From Gammaproteobacteria bacterium (lineage in GTDB: Bacteria > Pseudomonadota > Gammaproteobacteria > Eutrophobiales > Eutrophobiaceae), in NCBI GenBank assembly GCA_038922795.1, contig JBCKWI010000004.1:1-62365 (forward strand): a stretch of 62,365 nt of DNA. The letters are read 5' to 3'. Both the position numbers and the translations under genes were made by a program. Positions 31,119 through 43,099 of the stretch are shown here, in pieces (position 1 is the first letter of the stretch; each line of letters begins with the position of its first letter). The notes beneath the pieces are model-generated. The model had not been told where the DNA came from. It did no database searches and saw only the letters and a list, made by a program, of their open reading frames with translations.

Positions 31119-32060
31119 ATGAACATTGCGGGGTATGAACATACACCGGTACTGTTGAATGAAGTATTGCACGGTCTCAGTATTCGCCCGGATGGATGTT
31201 ATGTTGATTGTACATTTGGCCGGGGAGGTCACAGCAAGGCGATCTTGCAAAATCTCCAGGAGCGTGGGCGTTTGTTTGCTTTCGACAAAGATCCTGATGC
31301 AGTTAATGCAATTGATGATCTACTTCTTACGGACAAGAGATTCACGTTGTTGCATGGTTCATACAGCATGTTGAAAGAAGTAGCCGCGAAAAATAGCATG
31401 TTGCATCAGGTTGACGGAATTCTTCTGGATCTTGGTGTTTCATCACCACAACTGGATAACGCAGACCGCGGATTCAGTTTCAAAAATGACGGCCCGCTGG
31501 ATATGCGTATGGACAACAGTCATGGAATCACGGCCGCTGACTGGTTGAACACAGCCAGAGAAAAAGAGATTGCAACTGTTCTGAAGACATACGGTGAAGA
31601 ACGGTTTGCCAGAAGAATAGCAAAGGAAATTGTAAAAAAACGGATTGAAAATAAAATTTTAACTACTCGTCAGCTGGCGGAATTGATTAGCAAAATTGTA
31701 CCCATTCGTGAAAAAGATAAACATCCTGCCACACGTTCATTTCAGGCAATTAGAATATTCATTAATCGTGAACTGGATGAACTGAAAGATGCGCTTGCCC
31801 AGACGATTGATGTTCTGGCCACGGGTGGAAGACTGGTTGTGATCAGCTTTCATTCACTGGAAGACAGGATAGTGAAACGTTTTATGCGTGATGAATCGCG
31901 AGGAGATAATTTCCCGCCTGATTTACCTGTGACAACAAAGTTATTGAAACCAGGACTGAAACTGGTCGGCAAGGCCATCTATCCTTCACCGCAGGAAATT
32001 GCACTGAATCCACGTGCAAGAAGTGCTGTTTTAAGAATTGCAGAGAGGTTAGCAGCATGA
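31119..32060 (+). CDS. rsmH: 16S rRNA (C1402-N4)-methyltransferase
   Basis: HTPVLLNE, DCTFGRGGHS, DLGVSSPQLD, PLDMRMD, FHSLEDR, NPRARSA. Confidence 0.98.
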   Translation: MNIAGYEHTPVLLNEVLHGLSIRPDGCYVDCTFGRGGHSKAILQNLQERGRLFAFDKDPDAVNAIDDLLLTDKRFTLLHGSYSMLKEVAAKNSMLHQVDGILLDLGVSSPQLDNADRGFSFKNDGPLDMRMDNSHGITAADWLNTAREKEIATVLKTYGEERFARRIAKEIVKKRIENKILTTRQLAELISKIVPIREKDKHPATRSFQAIRIFINRELDELKDALAQTIDVLATGGRLVVISFHSLEDRIVKRFMRDESRGDNFPPDLPVTTKLLKPGLKLVGKAIYPSPQEIALNPRARSAVLRIAERLAA

Positions 32061-32317
32061 AGAATCTGGTTTTCTGGCTGCTGTTTATCTCAATATTTAT
32101 TTCGGCACTGGAAGTCGTGATGTCACGCCATGAGGCCCGCAAGTTATTTGTTGAAATTCAGATGCTCGAAAAAACCAGGGATGACTTGAATGAGGAATGG
32201 ACGCGACTGTTGCTTGAACAAAGTACATGGGCGACGGATGTACGAATAGAAGCAATTGCCAGGAATGAAATGGGCATGAAGCCTCCCGTTAATTCTGTTC
32301 TGGTAATAGAGAAATGA
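32057..32317 (+). CDS. ftsL: Cell division protein FtsL
   Basis: TM helix plus leucine-zipper coiled coil, EWTRLLLEQSTW, RIEAIA; between rsmH and ftsI. Confidence 0.92.
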   Translation: MKNLVFWLLFISIFISALEVVMSRHEARKLFVEIQMLEKTRDDLNEEWTRLLLEQSTWATDVRIEAIARNEMGMKPPVNSVLVIEK

Positions 32318-34041
32318 CAGAGTCCGGCAAATTTTTAGTATATGAAAAACGCAGGTGGCTGGTCCTCAGCCTGTATATTGCAGGCATGTCCCTGTTGATG
32401 TGGAGGGCGGTCGATTTGCAGGTGATCAGTAAGGAATTTCTGCAGGAGCATGGTGATGCCAGGGCATTACGTGTTGTTCAGATTCCGGCCCATCGTGGAA
32501 TGATTACGGACAGGAATGGTGAGCCACTGGCAGTCAGCACCTCAGTTAATTCTATCTGGGCAACGCCACGCAGGGTTTTGAGTTCTGAGGTAGATATGTC
32601 TCCGCTTGCAGCCTATCTGGATACCAGTGTCGAGGAACTTGGAAAATTACTGAAGGAACGTATCGGCAGAGATTTTGTATATCTCAAACGGCATGTGGAT
32701 CCGGCACTGGCGGACAAGGTAATGGCCTTGAATATCCCCGGTATTTCGCTGGAACAGGAATTCAGACGCTATTATCCCGCTGGTGAAGTGACTGCACACT
32801 TGATTGGTTTTACCAATATTGATGATGCAGGACAGGAAGGTCTGGAGCTCGCATACAATGATTGGTTAAAGAGCATGCCAGGGAGAAAGCGGGTACTCAA
32901 GGACAGACTGGGCCGGATCATTGAAAATGTCGAGAGTATCAGTACGCCGAGTCCTGGAAAAAATCTTGAACTAAGCATAGATCGCAGGATTCAATATCTT
33001 GCTTACCGCGAATTGAAAGCAGCGGTCCAGGCACATAATGCACGCGGCGGATCGCTGGTGATGCTTGATACAAAAACCGGGGAAGTTGTAGCGATGGTAG
33101 GTCAGCCTTCATACAACCCGAATAACCGTAGTGGCATGAAGGGTGAGTATTATCGAAACCGCGCGGTAACAGACGTATTTGAGCCTGGTTCAACACTTAA
33201 ACCATTTACCGTCGCGACCGGGCTGGAGTCAGGTGTCTATACACCAATGACTATGATCGATACACGGCCGGGGCATTTTAAGGTTGGCAATCATACTATT
33301 CGCGACATCAGGAATTATGGGGTGATTGATGTTACTACCGTGATTAAGAAATCCAGCAATGTTGGCGCCTCAAAAATCGCCTTGTCACTGGAGCCAAATC
33401 AATTGAGAAAAACTTTATCAAATGTTGGTTTTGGGGCGGCCACCGGGAGTGGTTTCCCGGGTGAAGCATCGGGTTATCTCAGCGCGTCGAACAACTGGTC
33501 AGAAGTGGGCCTGGCAACCATTGCCTTTGGTTATGGATTATCTGTTACTGTTTTGCAGCTGGCCCAGGCCTACCAGATATTTGCTACTGATGGATTAATG
33601 TTGCCGGTTTCGTTTATTAAGGTAAAAGGGCCTGTCACCGGAAAGCAGGTTATAACGGCCGAGCATGCAAAGCAGATTCGGACCATGCTTGAAACTGCTG
33701 TTGAAAAGGAAGGTACCGGGCAACGTGCTGCCGTCAGTAGTTATCGTGTGGCCGGTAAAACCGGGACAGTACATAAGGCAACTTCTGGCGGATATTCAGA
33801 GGATCGCTATTTGTCATTATTTGCCGGATTTGCTCCGGTTGAAGATCCGCGGCTGGTAATGGTCATCATGATCGATGAACCAAAAGGTCAGCAATATTAT
33901 GGTGGTCAAGTTGCCGCACCCGTCTTTTCCAGGGTCATGACAGGGGCTTTAAGATTAATGGATATCCCACCGGATAACCTGCCTGGCCTCAAAGATAATA
34001 TTATTGCTGGTAAGACCCATTCAGCAGGAAGCCTGGAATAA
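32314..34041 (+). CDS. ftsI: Penicillin-binding protein 3
   Basis: RGMITDRNG, SxxK (EPGSTLK), SxN (SSNVG), KTG motifs. Confidence 0.97.
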   Translation: MTESGKFLVYEKRRWLVLSLYIAGMSLLMWRAVDLQVISKEFLQEHGDARALRVVQIPAHRGMITDRNGEPLAVSTSVNSIWATPRRVLSSEVDMSPLAAYLDTSVEELGKLLKERIGRDFVYLKRHVDPALADKVMALNIPGISLEQEFRRYYPAGEVTAHLIGFTNIDDAGQEGLELAYNDWLKSMPGRKRVLKDRLGRIIENVESISTPSPGKNLELSIDRRIQYLAYRELKAAVQAHNARGGSLVMLDTKTGEVVAMVGQPSYNPNNRSGMKGEYYRNRAVTDVFEPGSTLKPFTVATGLESGVYTPMTMIDTRPGHFKVGNHTIRDIRNYGVIDVTTVIKKSSNVGASKIALSLEPNQLRKTLSNVGFGAATGSGFPGEASGYLSASNNWSEVGLATIAFGYGLSVTVLQLAQAYQIFATDGLMLPVSFIKVKGPVTGKQVITAEHAKQIRTMLETAVEKEGTGQRAAVSSYRVAGKTGTVHKATSGGYSEDRYLSLFAGFAPVEDPRLVMVIMIDEPKGQQYYGGQVAAPVFSRVMTGALRLMDIPPDNLPGLKDNIIAGKTHSAGSLE

Positions 34042-35561
34042 TGATGGCAGCGCACACATTATCTTCAGGTTACCTACTGGGCTTGCTATTAAAAGACCTG
34101 GTGAATGAATCTTGTCTTTCGAATATCCAGGTCACCGGCATTACAACTGACAGCCGCAAGGTAAATCCGGGCGACCTGTTTATTGCCTATACCATAGGAG
34201 GACATAGCAGTGTTCCCTTTATTGGTGATGCGGTGAAGGCAGGCGCAAGCGCAGTGATCGCCGAGGCCAGTTCGTTACCAGACATATATCCCTGTCCTGT
34301 ACCACTATATCGAGTCAATGAACTATATAAAGTTATCGGGATTATCGCTGATCGTTTTTATGAACATCCATCATCAGCCATGACGGTTATTGGTGTGACC
34401 GGAACCAATGGCAAGACTTCTGTAAGCCACCTGATGGCACAATCACTATCCGCTGATCAAAAAAATATATGTGGACTGATAGGTACGCTTGGTTACGGGA
34501 CAGTCGGCAGATTAAACCCCGGATTACATACCACACCGGAGGCCGTTGCATTACAGGCATTACTGGCGGATATGCGTGATCAAAAGATAAAGCAAGTCGT
34601 AATGGAAGTGTCATCACATGGACTGGATCAATTTCGTATTGCGGGTGTTGAATTTGACCTGGCTGTTTTTACCAACCTGTCACGTGATCATCTTGATTAT
34701 CATCAAAGCATGGATTCCTATGCAGCCGCAAAAAAGCGTTTGTTTACGCAGTACGGGATCAGCAGGGTTGTTATCAATATGGATGATCAGTTTGGCAGAA
34801 AACTGATGGCAGAATTGCTACAGGGTGTAGTAGCGATCGGTTACACACTTGAGATGGATACCTATTCCGGGTACCAGGATAAATTTCAGATGGTGTACGG
34901 GAAGATACTCCCTGATCCGTCCGGCCGGATAAAGATGGCACTTGATACGCCATGGGGTAAGGGAGTTCTCGCAACAGGATTATCAGGCAGATTTAATGCC
35001 GGTAATCTGCTGGCCTGTCTTTCATCATTGTGTTTACTAGGCCATACACTGGAGGACGCGATTGGGCGTTTATCTGTATGCAAAGGGATCCCCGGCCGTA
35101 TGGAAATTTTTGGAGGAGACAATCTTCCTCGTATCGTTGTTGATTTCGCCCATACCCCGGATGCTCTGGAACAGGTGTTATCGGAACTGAAGGCATCATG
35201 TCAGGGGAAATTGTATTGTGTTTTTGGTTGTGGTGGCGACCGGGATAAAGGCAAGCGCCCGCTGATGGGTGTAGTGGCTGAAAAATATGCAGATGGCATC
35301 ATCATCACCAGTGATAACCCCCGCCAAGAAGATCCCGAAGAAATCACCAAAGATATACTCGCGGGGATAAAGAATCGCGAACATGTCACTATCGATATTG
35401 ATCGTGAACGGGCCATTCAAAATATCCTCAAGACGGTATCAGCAAATGATGTAGTGTTGATTGCGGGCAAGGGCCACGAAAACTATCAGGAGATTGCCGG
35501 AGTGCGCCGTCCCTTCAGTGACCAGGATGTGGTTCGTAAAACCCTGGAGATACATGCATGA
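34041..35561 (+). CDS. murE: UDP-MurNAc-dipeptide meso-DAP ligase
   Basis: GVTGTNGKTS, MEVSSHGL, TNLSRDHLDYH, VDFAHTPD, DNPR (meso-DAP specificity), GKGHE. Confidence 0.97.
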   Translation: MMAAHTLSSGYLLGLLLKDLVNESCLSNIQVTGITTDSRKVNPGDLFIAYTIGGHSSVPFIGDAVKAGASAVIAEASSLPDIYPCPVPLYRVNELYKVIGIIADRFYEHPSSAMTVIGVTGTNGKTSVSHLMAQSLSADQKNICGLIGTLGYGTVGRLNPGLHTTPEAVALQALLADMRDQKIKQVVMEVSSHGLDQFRIAGVEFDLAVFTNLSRDHLDYHQSMDSYAAAKKRLFTQYGISRVVINMDDQFGRKLMAELLQGVVAIGYTLEMDTYSGYQDKFQMVYGKILPDPSGRIKMALDTPWGKGVLATGLSGRFNAGNLLACLSSLCLLGHTLEDAIGRLSVCKGIPGRMEIFGGDNLPRIVVDFAHTPDALEQVLSELKASCQGKLYCVFGCGGDRDKGKRPLMGVVAEKYADGIIITSDNPRQEDPEEITKDILAGIKNREHVTIDIDRERAIQNILKTVSANDVVLIAGKGHENYQEIAGVRRPFSDQDVVRKTLEIHA

Positions 35562-36910
35562 TCAGCATGAAACTAGCCGGCGCTGCAGCATCGCTGGACG
35601 CAACATATCTTGGCGAGGATGTTAAATTCAGGGGGTGCAGTACCGACAGCCGGAATCTTAATACAGGCGAATTATTTATCGCCATCAAGGGCGAGCATTT
35701 TGATGGCCATGATTTTCTCATGAATGCAAAACAGCGCGGTGCTTCAGCCGCCATGGTGACAAATGCTGATCAGCAATACCTGCCGACACTGGTGGTGCAG
35801 GATACCAGACGAGCAATGGGGAAACTGGCTGGAACCTGGCGATCCGGATTTGCAATTCCGCTGATCGCGATCACCGGAAGTAATGGCAAAACGACCGTCA
35901 AGGAATTACTGGTTTCAATTCTGAGTCTGAAAGCGCCGGTATTGGCGACGAAAAGAAATCTCAATAATGATATCGGAGTGCCATTGACACTCTTTGGACT
36001 GGGTAGTGAGCATCGTTATGCTGTAGTGGAAATGGGAGCCAATCATCCGGATGAAATTTCCTGGCTGAGCACTATCACCAGACCCACGGTTGCACTGATT
36101 ACCCAATGCGCCCCGGCACACCTGGAAGGTTTCGGCAGTGTGGAAGGTGTTGCCAGGGCCAAGGCAGAGATTTTTGACGGACTCGATCTGGATGGAGTTG
36201 CCATCATTAACGCTGATGATGATTTTGCTGAATTCTGGCGCAGCAGAGTCAGCGGATTCAGGCAACTGAGTTTTGGTCTGAAAAATCAGGCGGATGTCAC
36301 TGCACGATCAATTTCGCAATCGATCGCTACCGGCACAAATGATTTTGAGTTAAGTACACCGGCTGGAACTATTGATATTGAATTACCCTTGCTGGGCCAG
36401 CATAACATCATGAATGCCATGGCTGCTACGGCCTGTGCGCTCACACTGGAGATTGATTTGAAGCTTATCAAACAGGGTCTGGAAATGGTGAAACCTGTTA
36501 AAGGCCGTCTGGAAATGAAAAAAGGTCTGAACAACTCAAGGATCATTGATGATACCTATAATGCCAATCCGGCCTCACTGACTGCTGCAATCAAGGCCAT
36601 CTCTTCTTTTAGTGGCAGGCACTGGCTGGCTCTGGGTGATATGGGAGAACTCGGAGCGCAGAGTGAAAGCCTGCATGCGGATGCAGGCAATATCGCCAGG
36701 GAAAACAGGATCGAAAAAATATTCGCCACTGGCCCTCTCAGTCATCTGGCCGTCCAGTCCTTTGGGCAAGGGGGAAAACAATTTTCTTCCATGGAAACAA
36801 TGATCGAAGCGTTAAAAAAAGAGATCGCTGCCGATGTCACCCTGCTCGTGAAAGGATCGAGGGCCATGCAAATGGAACGTGTAGTCAGAGAACTGGAGAT
36901 GAAAAGCTGA
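35558..36910 (+). CDS. murF: UDP-MurNAc-tripeptide D-Ala-D-Ala ligase
   Basis: [46 protein letters not shown]. Confidence 0.97.
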   Translation: MISMKLAGAAASLDATYLGEDVKFRGCSTDSRNLNTGELFIAIKGEHFDGHDFLMNAKQRGASAAMVTNADQQYLPTLVVQDTRRAMGKLAGTWRSGFAIPLIAITGSNGKTTVKELLVSILSLKAPVLATKRNLNNDIGVPLTLFGLGSEHRYAVVEMGANHPDEISWLSTITRPTVALITQCAPAHLEGFGSVEGVARAKAEIFDGLDLDGVAIINADDDFAEFWRSRVSGFRQLSFGLKNQADVTARSISQSIATGTNDFELSTPAGTIDIELPLLGQHNIMNAMAATACALTLEIDLKLIKQGLEMVKPVKGRLEMKKGLNNSRIIDDTYNANPASLTAAIKAISSFSGRHWLALGDMGELGAQSESLHADAGNIARENRIEKIFATGPLSHLAVQSFGQGGKQFSSMETMIEALKKEIAADVTLLVKGSRAMQMERVVRELEMKS

Positions 36911-37992
36911 TGTTGCTCTGGCTGACAGAATATCTGACACAATACTACCGGGGTTTCAATGTATTCCAGTATATAACACTGCGCGTTATCCTTGGTATGT
37001 TAACCTCACTGTTTATCGCATTGTTTGTCGGGCCGGCATTAATAAAACGCCTAAACGAATATCAGATCGGGCAGAACGTCCGCACTGATGGTCCGAAATC
37101 CCATTTTGAAAAATCCGGCACACCGACCATGGGTGGTTTGTTGATCCTGGTTTCCATCGCGGTCAGCACACTTTGTTGGGCTGATCTCGGAAACAAATAT
37201 ATCTGGGTTGTGCTGATGACGACGCTGTTGTTTGGTGTTGTCGGCTGGATCGATGATTACAAGAAGGTTGTGAACAAGGACCCCAATGGCCTGGCAGCCC
37301 GGTATAAATATCTGTCTCAATCCATTATAGGACTGGCGGCCGCCATCGTGCTGTACATGACTGCCAGTGTTCCGGCGGAAACCCAGTTGATCGTTCCGTT
37401 TATCAAATCGATCAGCTTTGAACTGGGCTGGTTATACGTGGTGCTCGCCTATTTTGTGATCGTCGGATCCAGTAATGCGGTCAACCTCACCGACGGTCTG
37501 GATGGTCTGGCTATTCTGCCTACAGTCATGGTGGCATGTGCCCTTGCCATCTTTGCCTATGCGACAGGACATGTTCGTTTCTCGGATTATCTTGGCATTC
37601 CCTATGTCCCGGGTGTAGGTGAAGTTGCCATCATCTGTAGTGCGATTGCAGGTTCCGGTCTGGGTTTCCTCTGGTTCAATACCTATCCTGCACAGGTCTT
37701 CATGGGTGATATAGGCGCCTTGGCACTCGGTGCTGCTTTGGGAGTGATAGCAGTCATAGTCCGGCAGGAGCTTGTCCTTTTCATCATGGGCGGTGTATTC
37801 GTTATGGAGACGGTTTCCGTGATATTGCAGGTGGGTTCTTACAAATTGACCGGGCGTCGCATATTTCACATGGCGCCATTGCATCATCATTATGAATTAA
37901 AAGGCTGGCCCGAGCCCCGGGTCATAGTCCGTTTCTGGATCATCACCGTTATTCTGGTGTTGATTGGACTGGCCAGCCTGAAGATCCGTTGA
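36910..37992 (+). CDS. mraY: Phospho-MurNAc-pentapeptide transferase
   Basis: [38 protein letters not shown]. Confidence 0.98.
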   Translation: MLLWLTEYLTQYYRGFNVFQYITLRVILGMLTSLFIALFVGPALIKRLNEYQIGQNVRTDGPKSHFEKSGTPTMGGLLILVSIAVSTLCWADLGNKYIWVVLMTTLLFGVVGWIDDYKKVVNKDPNGLAARYKYLSQSIIGLAAAIVLYMTASVPAETQLIVPFIKSISFELGWLYVVLAYFVIVGSSNAVNLTDGLDGLAILPTVMVACALAIFAYATGHVRFSDYLGIPYVPGVGEVAIICSAIAGSGLGFLWFNTYPAQVFMGDIGALALGAALGVIAVIVRQELVLFIMGGVFVMETVSVILQVGSYKLTGRRIFHMAPLHHHYELKGWPEPRVIVRFWIITVILVLIGLASLKIR

Positions 37993-39383
37993 GGGAAAAT
38001 GATTTGAATTGTAACGCAGTAAAAATAATTGAAATGACTGAAACAGGTAAACAATTTGATACGGTAATCGTGGGTATGGGCAAGACCGGATACTCCTGTG
38101 CACGCTATCTGGCTGATCATGGAATTAATTTTGCCATGACGGACAGCCGTTCCAGTCCGCCCATGCTGAATGAGATAAAAAGGGATTATCCACATATACC
38201 CCTGTATACCGGGGGTTTTGATCCCGGATTATTGTCCAGCGTCAAGGAATTATTGATCAGCCCCGGTGTGTCACTGCATGAACCGACCATTATCGAGGCA
38301 ATCAATAACGGGGTCAGTGTGTATGGTGACATTGATTTATTTTGCCGGCATGCGACAGCGCCGATTGTTGCGATCACAGGATCAAATGGCAAAAGTACGG
38401 TGACAACATTGGTCGCAGAGATGACCAGAGCGGCCGGTTTGAAGACCGGGGTGGGTGGCAATCTTGGCACACCGGCATTGGATCTCCTGCATGAAGACGG
38501 GATAGATGTTTACGTTCTGGAATTATCCAGTTTCCAGCTTGAAACAGTTTCATCTTTAAATGCCGTGGCCTCGGTGGTGCTTAATTTATCTGAAGATCAC
38601 ATGGATCGTTATGCCAGCATGGAGGATTACACCGGTGCCAAGGCACATATCTATGATGGCGATGGAGTCATGGTGATTAATCTGGATGATCCTCTGGTAG
38701 CAGGCTTGCAACGTGCAGGCAGGAAAATTATTGGCTTCAGCCTGTCGGAACCCGCCGGTGAAAATTATGGTGTGTGTAATTATTCAAATACACGATGGCT
38801 GCTTAAAGGCAAAACACGGCTTTTACCTGCCGGAGAAATACGCTTAGCGGGAGATCACAATATCGCAAATGCACTCGCGGCACTTGCGCTTGGTGATGTT
38901 ATTAAGCTTCCCCTGGAATGCATGTTAAAGGTATTGCGGACTTTTCCCGGATTGCCGCATCGTTGTGAATGGATAGCAGAAACTGATGGCATTAGCTGGA
39001 TCAATGACTCAAAAGGTACCAACGTCGGGGCATCGATTGCCGCGATTAAAGGTTTGGCAAATCAAAAAAATATTGTCCTTATCGCAGGAGGTGATGGTAA
39101 GGGGGCTGATTTTTCCCGGCTGGCTGAAGTTGCAAAAGAACATATACGAGTGGCTGTATTGATCGGCCGGGATGCGCCGGTTATCAGAAAAGTCTTGCAA
39201 GATGTCATCCCGCTGGAAAATGCGAGTGATATGGACTCGGCTGTCATTACTGCGGCACGACTGGCCCAAAGTGGAGATGTTGTCCTTCTGTCTCCTGCCT
39301 GTGCCAGCCTGGATATGTTTGAAGACTATCGGGCCAGAGGCGGCGCATTCAGGTCAGCAGTACAGAGACTGGTGAATCACTAA
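37989..39383 (+). CDS. murD: UDP-MurNAc-L-Ala D-glutamate ligase
   Basis: [40 protein letters not shown]. True start may be ATG 38034. Confidence 0.97.
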   Translation: MRENDLNCNAVKIIEMTETGKQFDTVIVGMGKTGYSCARYLADHGINFAMTDSRSSPPMLNEIKRDYPHIPLYTGGFDPGLLSSVKELLISPGVSLHEPTIIEAINNGVSVYGDIDLFCRHATAPIVAITGSNGKSTVTTLVAEMTRAAGLKTGVGGNLGTPALDLLHEDGIDVYVLELSSFQLETVSSLNAVASVVLNLSEDHMDRYASMEDYTGAKAHIYDGDGVMVINLDDPLVAGLQRAGRKIIGFSLSEPAGENYGVCNYSNTRWLLKGKTRLLPAGEIRLAGDHNIANALAALALGDVIKLPLECMLKVLRTFPGLPHRCEWIAETDGISWINDSKGTNVGASIAAIKGLANQKNIVLIAGGDGKGADFSRLAEVAKEHIRVAVLIGRDAPVIRKVLQDVIPLENASDMDSAVITAARLAQSGDVVLLSPACASLDMFEDYRARGGAFRSAVQRLVNH

Positions 39384-40601
39384 ATGGTTTACATACCACG
39401 ACAGGCGATCCCGAAAAGCAGCTCAGGTATGAACCGGGATTTATTTTATGGTTATGATGTGTGGTTGCTCACGGCCATCATTTTCCTGATTGGATTGGGT
39501 CTCTTGATGGTTGCCTCATCCTCGATAACAGTTGCTGATCGGCAATTCCAGGATCCGCTTTATTATTTCTGGCGGCAATCCGCATCGGTTTTTATCGGCA
39601 TTTGTCTGTCATTGATAGTCTTGCGGATACCGTTGCAGGTTTGGGAAAAAGTAAGCGGATTTTTACTTATGGTAGCCCTGGTACTTCTTGTCCTGGTATT
39701 AATCCCGGGGATTGGTTATGAAGTCAACGGCAGTATGCGCTGGATCAGACTCTGGCCATTTTCGATACAGGCCTCAGAGCCTGCGAAATTATGTGTTATT
39801 GCCTATTTGGCAGGTTATCTCGTCAGACGTGGAGATGAGGTACGGGCCACGTTTTCCGGTTTTATCAAACCCATACTGGTGCTGATCCTGATCTCCGGAT
39901 TATTGTTACTGGAACCTGACTATGGTGCGTGTGTAGTCATGTTTATCACCGTACTCGGGATGATGTTCATGGGTGGTGTCCCATTGAGCCGGTTCTTTGC
40001 CTGGATGCTGGTTGCGGCTACCGCGTTGGTCAGCCTTGCCGTTCTTTCACCTTACCGAATGCAACGGCTGATCAGTTTCGTTGATCCCTGGCAGGATCCG
40101 TTCAATACAGGGTTCCAGCTGACCCAGGCATTGATAGCCTTCGGCCGAGGTGACTGGTTCGGGGCCGGTCTCGGCAGCAGCATACAGAAATTATTTTATC
40201 TGCCGGAAGCGCATACTGATTTTATCTTTGCTGTGCTGGCAGAGGAGCTGGGTCTGTTCGGAAGTTTACTGGTAATTCTCCTGTTCTGTTTCGTGGTCTG
40301 GCGTGCCTTTGTTATTGCCCAGGTCGCCGAGGGCACGGGCAAACTGTTTGCCGCCAATTTTGCCAATGGTATCGGATTGATTATCGGTATCCAGGCCTTT
40401 ATCAATATCGGGGTCAATATGGGTATGTTACCCACCAAGGGATTAACGCTGCCCTTACTGAGTTATGGGGGCAACAGCATCATCATTACCTGCATTTTAC
40501 TGGCCGTACTATTACGCATTGACATGGAGAACAGACAGATTCGCCGGATATCGATCCCGAACAAGCAGGGTTATAAAAATGGAGGGATCTATGCCACGTA
40601 A
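39384..40601 (+). CDS. ftsW: SEDS peptidoglycan glycosyltransferase FtsW
   Basis: IQASEPAK, LLEPDYG, LPEAHTDFI, PTKGLTLPLLSYGG. Confidence 0.97.
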   Translation: MVYIPRQAIPKSSSGMNRDLFYGYDVWLLTAIIFLIGLGLLMVASSSITVADRQFQDPLYYFWRQSASVFIGICLSLIVLRIPLQVWEKVSGFLLMVALVLLVLVLIPGIGYEVNGSMRWIRLWPFSIQASEPAKLCVIAYLAGYLVRRGDEVRATFSGFIKPILVLILISGLLLLEPDYGACVVMFITVLGMMFMGGVPLSRFFAWMLVAATALVSLAVLSPYRMQRLISFVDPWQDPFNTGFQLTQALIAFGRGDWFGAGLGSSIQKLFYLPEAHTDFIFAVLAEELGLFGSLLVILLFCFVVWRAFVIAQVAEGTGKLFAANFANGIGLIIGIQAFINIGVNMGMLPTKGLTLPLLSYGGNSIIITCILLAVLLRIDMENRQIRRISIPNKQGYKNGGIYAT

Positions 40602-41679
40602 ACCGGTATTGATTATGGCAGGTGGTACTGGCGGCCATGTTTATCCGGCACTGGCGGTAGCAGATTATCTGCAGCAAAAACAAATTCCACTATTCTGGCT
40701 GGGAACCAGAAAAGGCCTGGAAGCACGCATCGTGCCTGCGAAAGGTTATTCCCTGTTGACCATTAATGTCAGTGGTCTGCGCGGCAAGGGATTGTTGAAA
40801 TGGTTGCAGGCCCCTTTCATTCTCGGCATGGCATTGATGGAGGCGATAGTCATCTTCATGCGGTTAAAACCAGCAGTGATTCTGGGCATGGGAGGATTTG
40901 TCAGCGGGCCAGGTGGTGTTGCCGCATGGTTGATGCGTATCCCGTTGTGTATCCATGAACAGAATGCCATTGCCGGTCTTACTAACCGGTTGCTGGCGCC
41001 GTTGGCTCATTCGGTCATGCAGGCCTTTCCCGGAACCTTTCCGGAGAGTATCCAGGCAAAACTGACAGGCAATCCGGTGCGTGCGGAGATATATGAAGTC
41101 ACTGCACCTGAACAGCGCATTCAAGCCGTAAGTAATCAAAAAATGAAGTTGCTGGTGCTGGGTGGCAGCCAGGGGGCAAGGGCATTAAATCAGATCATTC
41201 CGCAAACATTATCGAAACTGCCGGACGAAATACAACTGGATGTCAGGCATCAGACCGGCAGCCAGCTCTATGCCGAGACAGAATCACTGTACCGGGACAT
41301 GAACTGCACGGGGCAACTGGAACCATTTATAGAAGATATGGCAGCGGCCTATGCGTGGGCTGATCTGGTGTTCTGCCGGTCCGGCGCACTGACTATTGCA
41401 GAATTATCCGCAGCGGGTGTCGCGTCCATCCTGGTGCCATTTCCTTATGCAGTCGATGATCATCAGACAGCCAATGCACATTATTTGAGCCATCAGGGTG
41501 CGGCATTGCTGATACAGGAGCAGGATCTCACCAGCGACAAACTGGGCCAACTGCTCGTTGATTTCTATTACTCGCGTCATCGTTTACTGTCCATGGCACA
41601 ACAGGCAAGGAGTCTGGCCAAACCGCAGGCGACCCGTGAGGTTGCTGAGTACTGTCTGGAGGCCGCTTATGCCGGATAA
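40591..41679 (+). CDS. murG: Lipid II GlcNAc transferase
   Basis: MAGGTGGHVYP, HEQN, TGNPVR, GGSQGA, RSGALT, DDHQTANA. Start at MPRK. Confidence 0.98.
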   Translation: MPRKPVLIMAGGTGGHVYPALAVADYLQQKQIPLFWLGTRKGLEARIVPAKGYSLLTINVSGLRGKGLLKWLQAPFILGMALMEAIVIFMRLKPAVILGMGGFVSGPGGVAAWLMRIPLCIHEQNAIAGLTNRLLAPLAHSVMQAFPGTFPESIQAKLTGNPVRAEIYEVTAPEQRIQAVSNQKMKLLVLGGSQGARALNQIIPQTLSKLPDEIQLDVRHQTGSQLYAETESLYRDMNCTGQLEPFIEDMAAAYAWADLVFCRSGALTIAELSAAGVASILVPFPYAVDDHQTANAHYLSHQGAALLIQEQDLTSDKLGQLLVDFYYSRHRLLSMAQQARSLAKPQATREVAEYCLEAAYAG

Positions 41680-43084
41680 TGTGGATAAGCTCATGGGACG
41701 CATCAAACATATACATTTTGTCGGTATCGGCGGTGCTGGCATGAGCGGGATTGCCGAGGTGTTGCATAATCTCGGTTACACAGTCTCAGGTTCTGACAAG
41801 TCTGAGAACAGGGTGACACGGCGTCTGCAGGGACTCGGTATTAATGTTGTGCAAGGGCATGCACAGGCACATATCAATGGCAGTGATGTGGTGGTCTTCT
41901 CCAGTGCAGTCGCACAGGACAACCCGGAATTAAAGGAAGCACGGGCGCGCCGTATTCCAATCATTCCGCGTGCCGAGATGCTGGCTGAATTGATGCGCTT
42001 CAAGCATGGCATAGCCATTGCCGGCACACACGGAAAAACCACCACGACCAGCCTGATCGCGAGTGTACTCGCAGAAGATGGCCTCGACCCAACTTATGTC
42101 ATTGGCGGACTGTTGAACAGCTCAGGATCTCATGCCCGGCTGGGTAAAGGAAAATACCTGGTGGCCGAGGCAGACGAGAGTGATGCTTCCTTCCTGCATC
42201 TGCAACCGATCATTGCCGTATTAACCAATGTTGATGCCGATCATCTTGAAAATTACGGTGGTGATTATGCATTACTGCAAAAGAGTTTCATTGAGTTTCT
42301 GCAACACATTCCGTTTTATGGACTGGCCGTTGTTTGTATAGATGACAAGGGTATCCGCAACATACTGGACAGCATCACCAAACCGGTATTGACCTATGGG
42401 CTTGACTACGAGGCAGACATCCAGGCACAGATCATTAAACATGATGCCAACAAGACCTGGTTTAAAGTATCACGCAAAAATTGCATAGACTGGCTGGAGA
42501 TTGAATTAAACCTGCCCGGCAAACATAACGTTCTGAATGCACTGGCTGCGATTGCCATCGCACACGAGTTGGGAGTATCTGAAGATTCCATCATCAGTGC
42601 TTTGCGTAATTTTGAGGGGATCGCAAGAAGATGTCAGTTGCTGGGTGAGATCGTTATTGAAAATCAGAAGGTATTGCTGATTGATGATTATGCCCATCAC
42701 CCACGCGAGATCGCTGCAACCCTGCAAGCACTGAAGACCGGCTGGCCGGATCACCGGCTGGTATTGATATTTCAACCTCACCGTTACACCCGTACCAGGG
42801 ATTTATTTGAAGATTTTACCCGGCTGTTATCAGAGGCGGATGTGCTGTTTCTGCTGGATATTTATCCTGCCGGAGAAACACCGATACCGGGTGCCGACAG
42901 CCGCTCACTGTGCCGTGCAATCCGGCTGCGCGGCAAGGTGGACCCGATCTTTGTTGAGCATAAGGAAGATATTAATTCATTACTGAAAGGTGTTGTTAAA
43001 GAGAATGACATTCTTGCTGTACTCGGGGCAGGGGATGTCGGTTCGATAGCTCCGGCACTGATGCAGCAATTTGGTGGAAAGTAA
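41669..43084 (+). CDS. murC: UDP-MurNAc L-alanine ligase
   Basis: HFVGIGGAGMSG, AGTHGKTTT, EADESD, DDYAHHP, FQPHRY. Start at MPDN. Confidence 0.98.
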   Translation: MPDNVDKLMGRIKHIHFVGIGGAGMSGIAEVLHNLGYTVSGSDKSENRVTRRLQGLGINVVQGHAQAHINGSDVVVFSSAVAQDNPELKEARARRIPIIPRAEMLAELMRFKHGIAIAGTHGKTTTTSLIASVLAEDGLDPTYVIGGLLNSSGSHARLGKGKYLVAEADESDASFLHLQPIIAVLTNVDADHLENYGGDYALLQKSFIEFLQHIPFYGLAVVCIDDKGIRNILDSITKPVLTYGLDYEADIQAQIIKHDANKTWFKVSRKNCIDWLEIELNLPGKHNVLNALAAIAIAHELGVSEDSIISALRNFEGIARRCQLLGEIVIENQKVLLIDDYAHHPREIAATLQALKTGWPDHRLVLIFQPHRYTRTRDLFEDFTRLLSEADVLFLLDIYPAGETPIPGADSRSLCRAIRLRGKVDPIFVEHKEDINSLLKGVVKENDILAVLGAGDVGSIAPALMQQFGGK

Positions 43085-43099
43085 CTTTGAGGTCAAAAG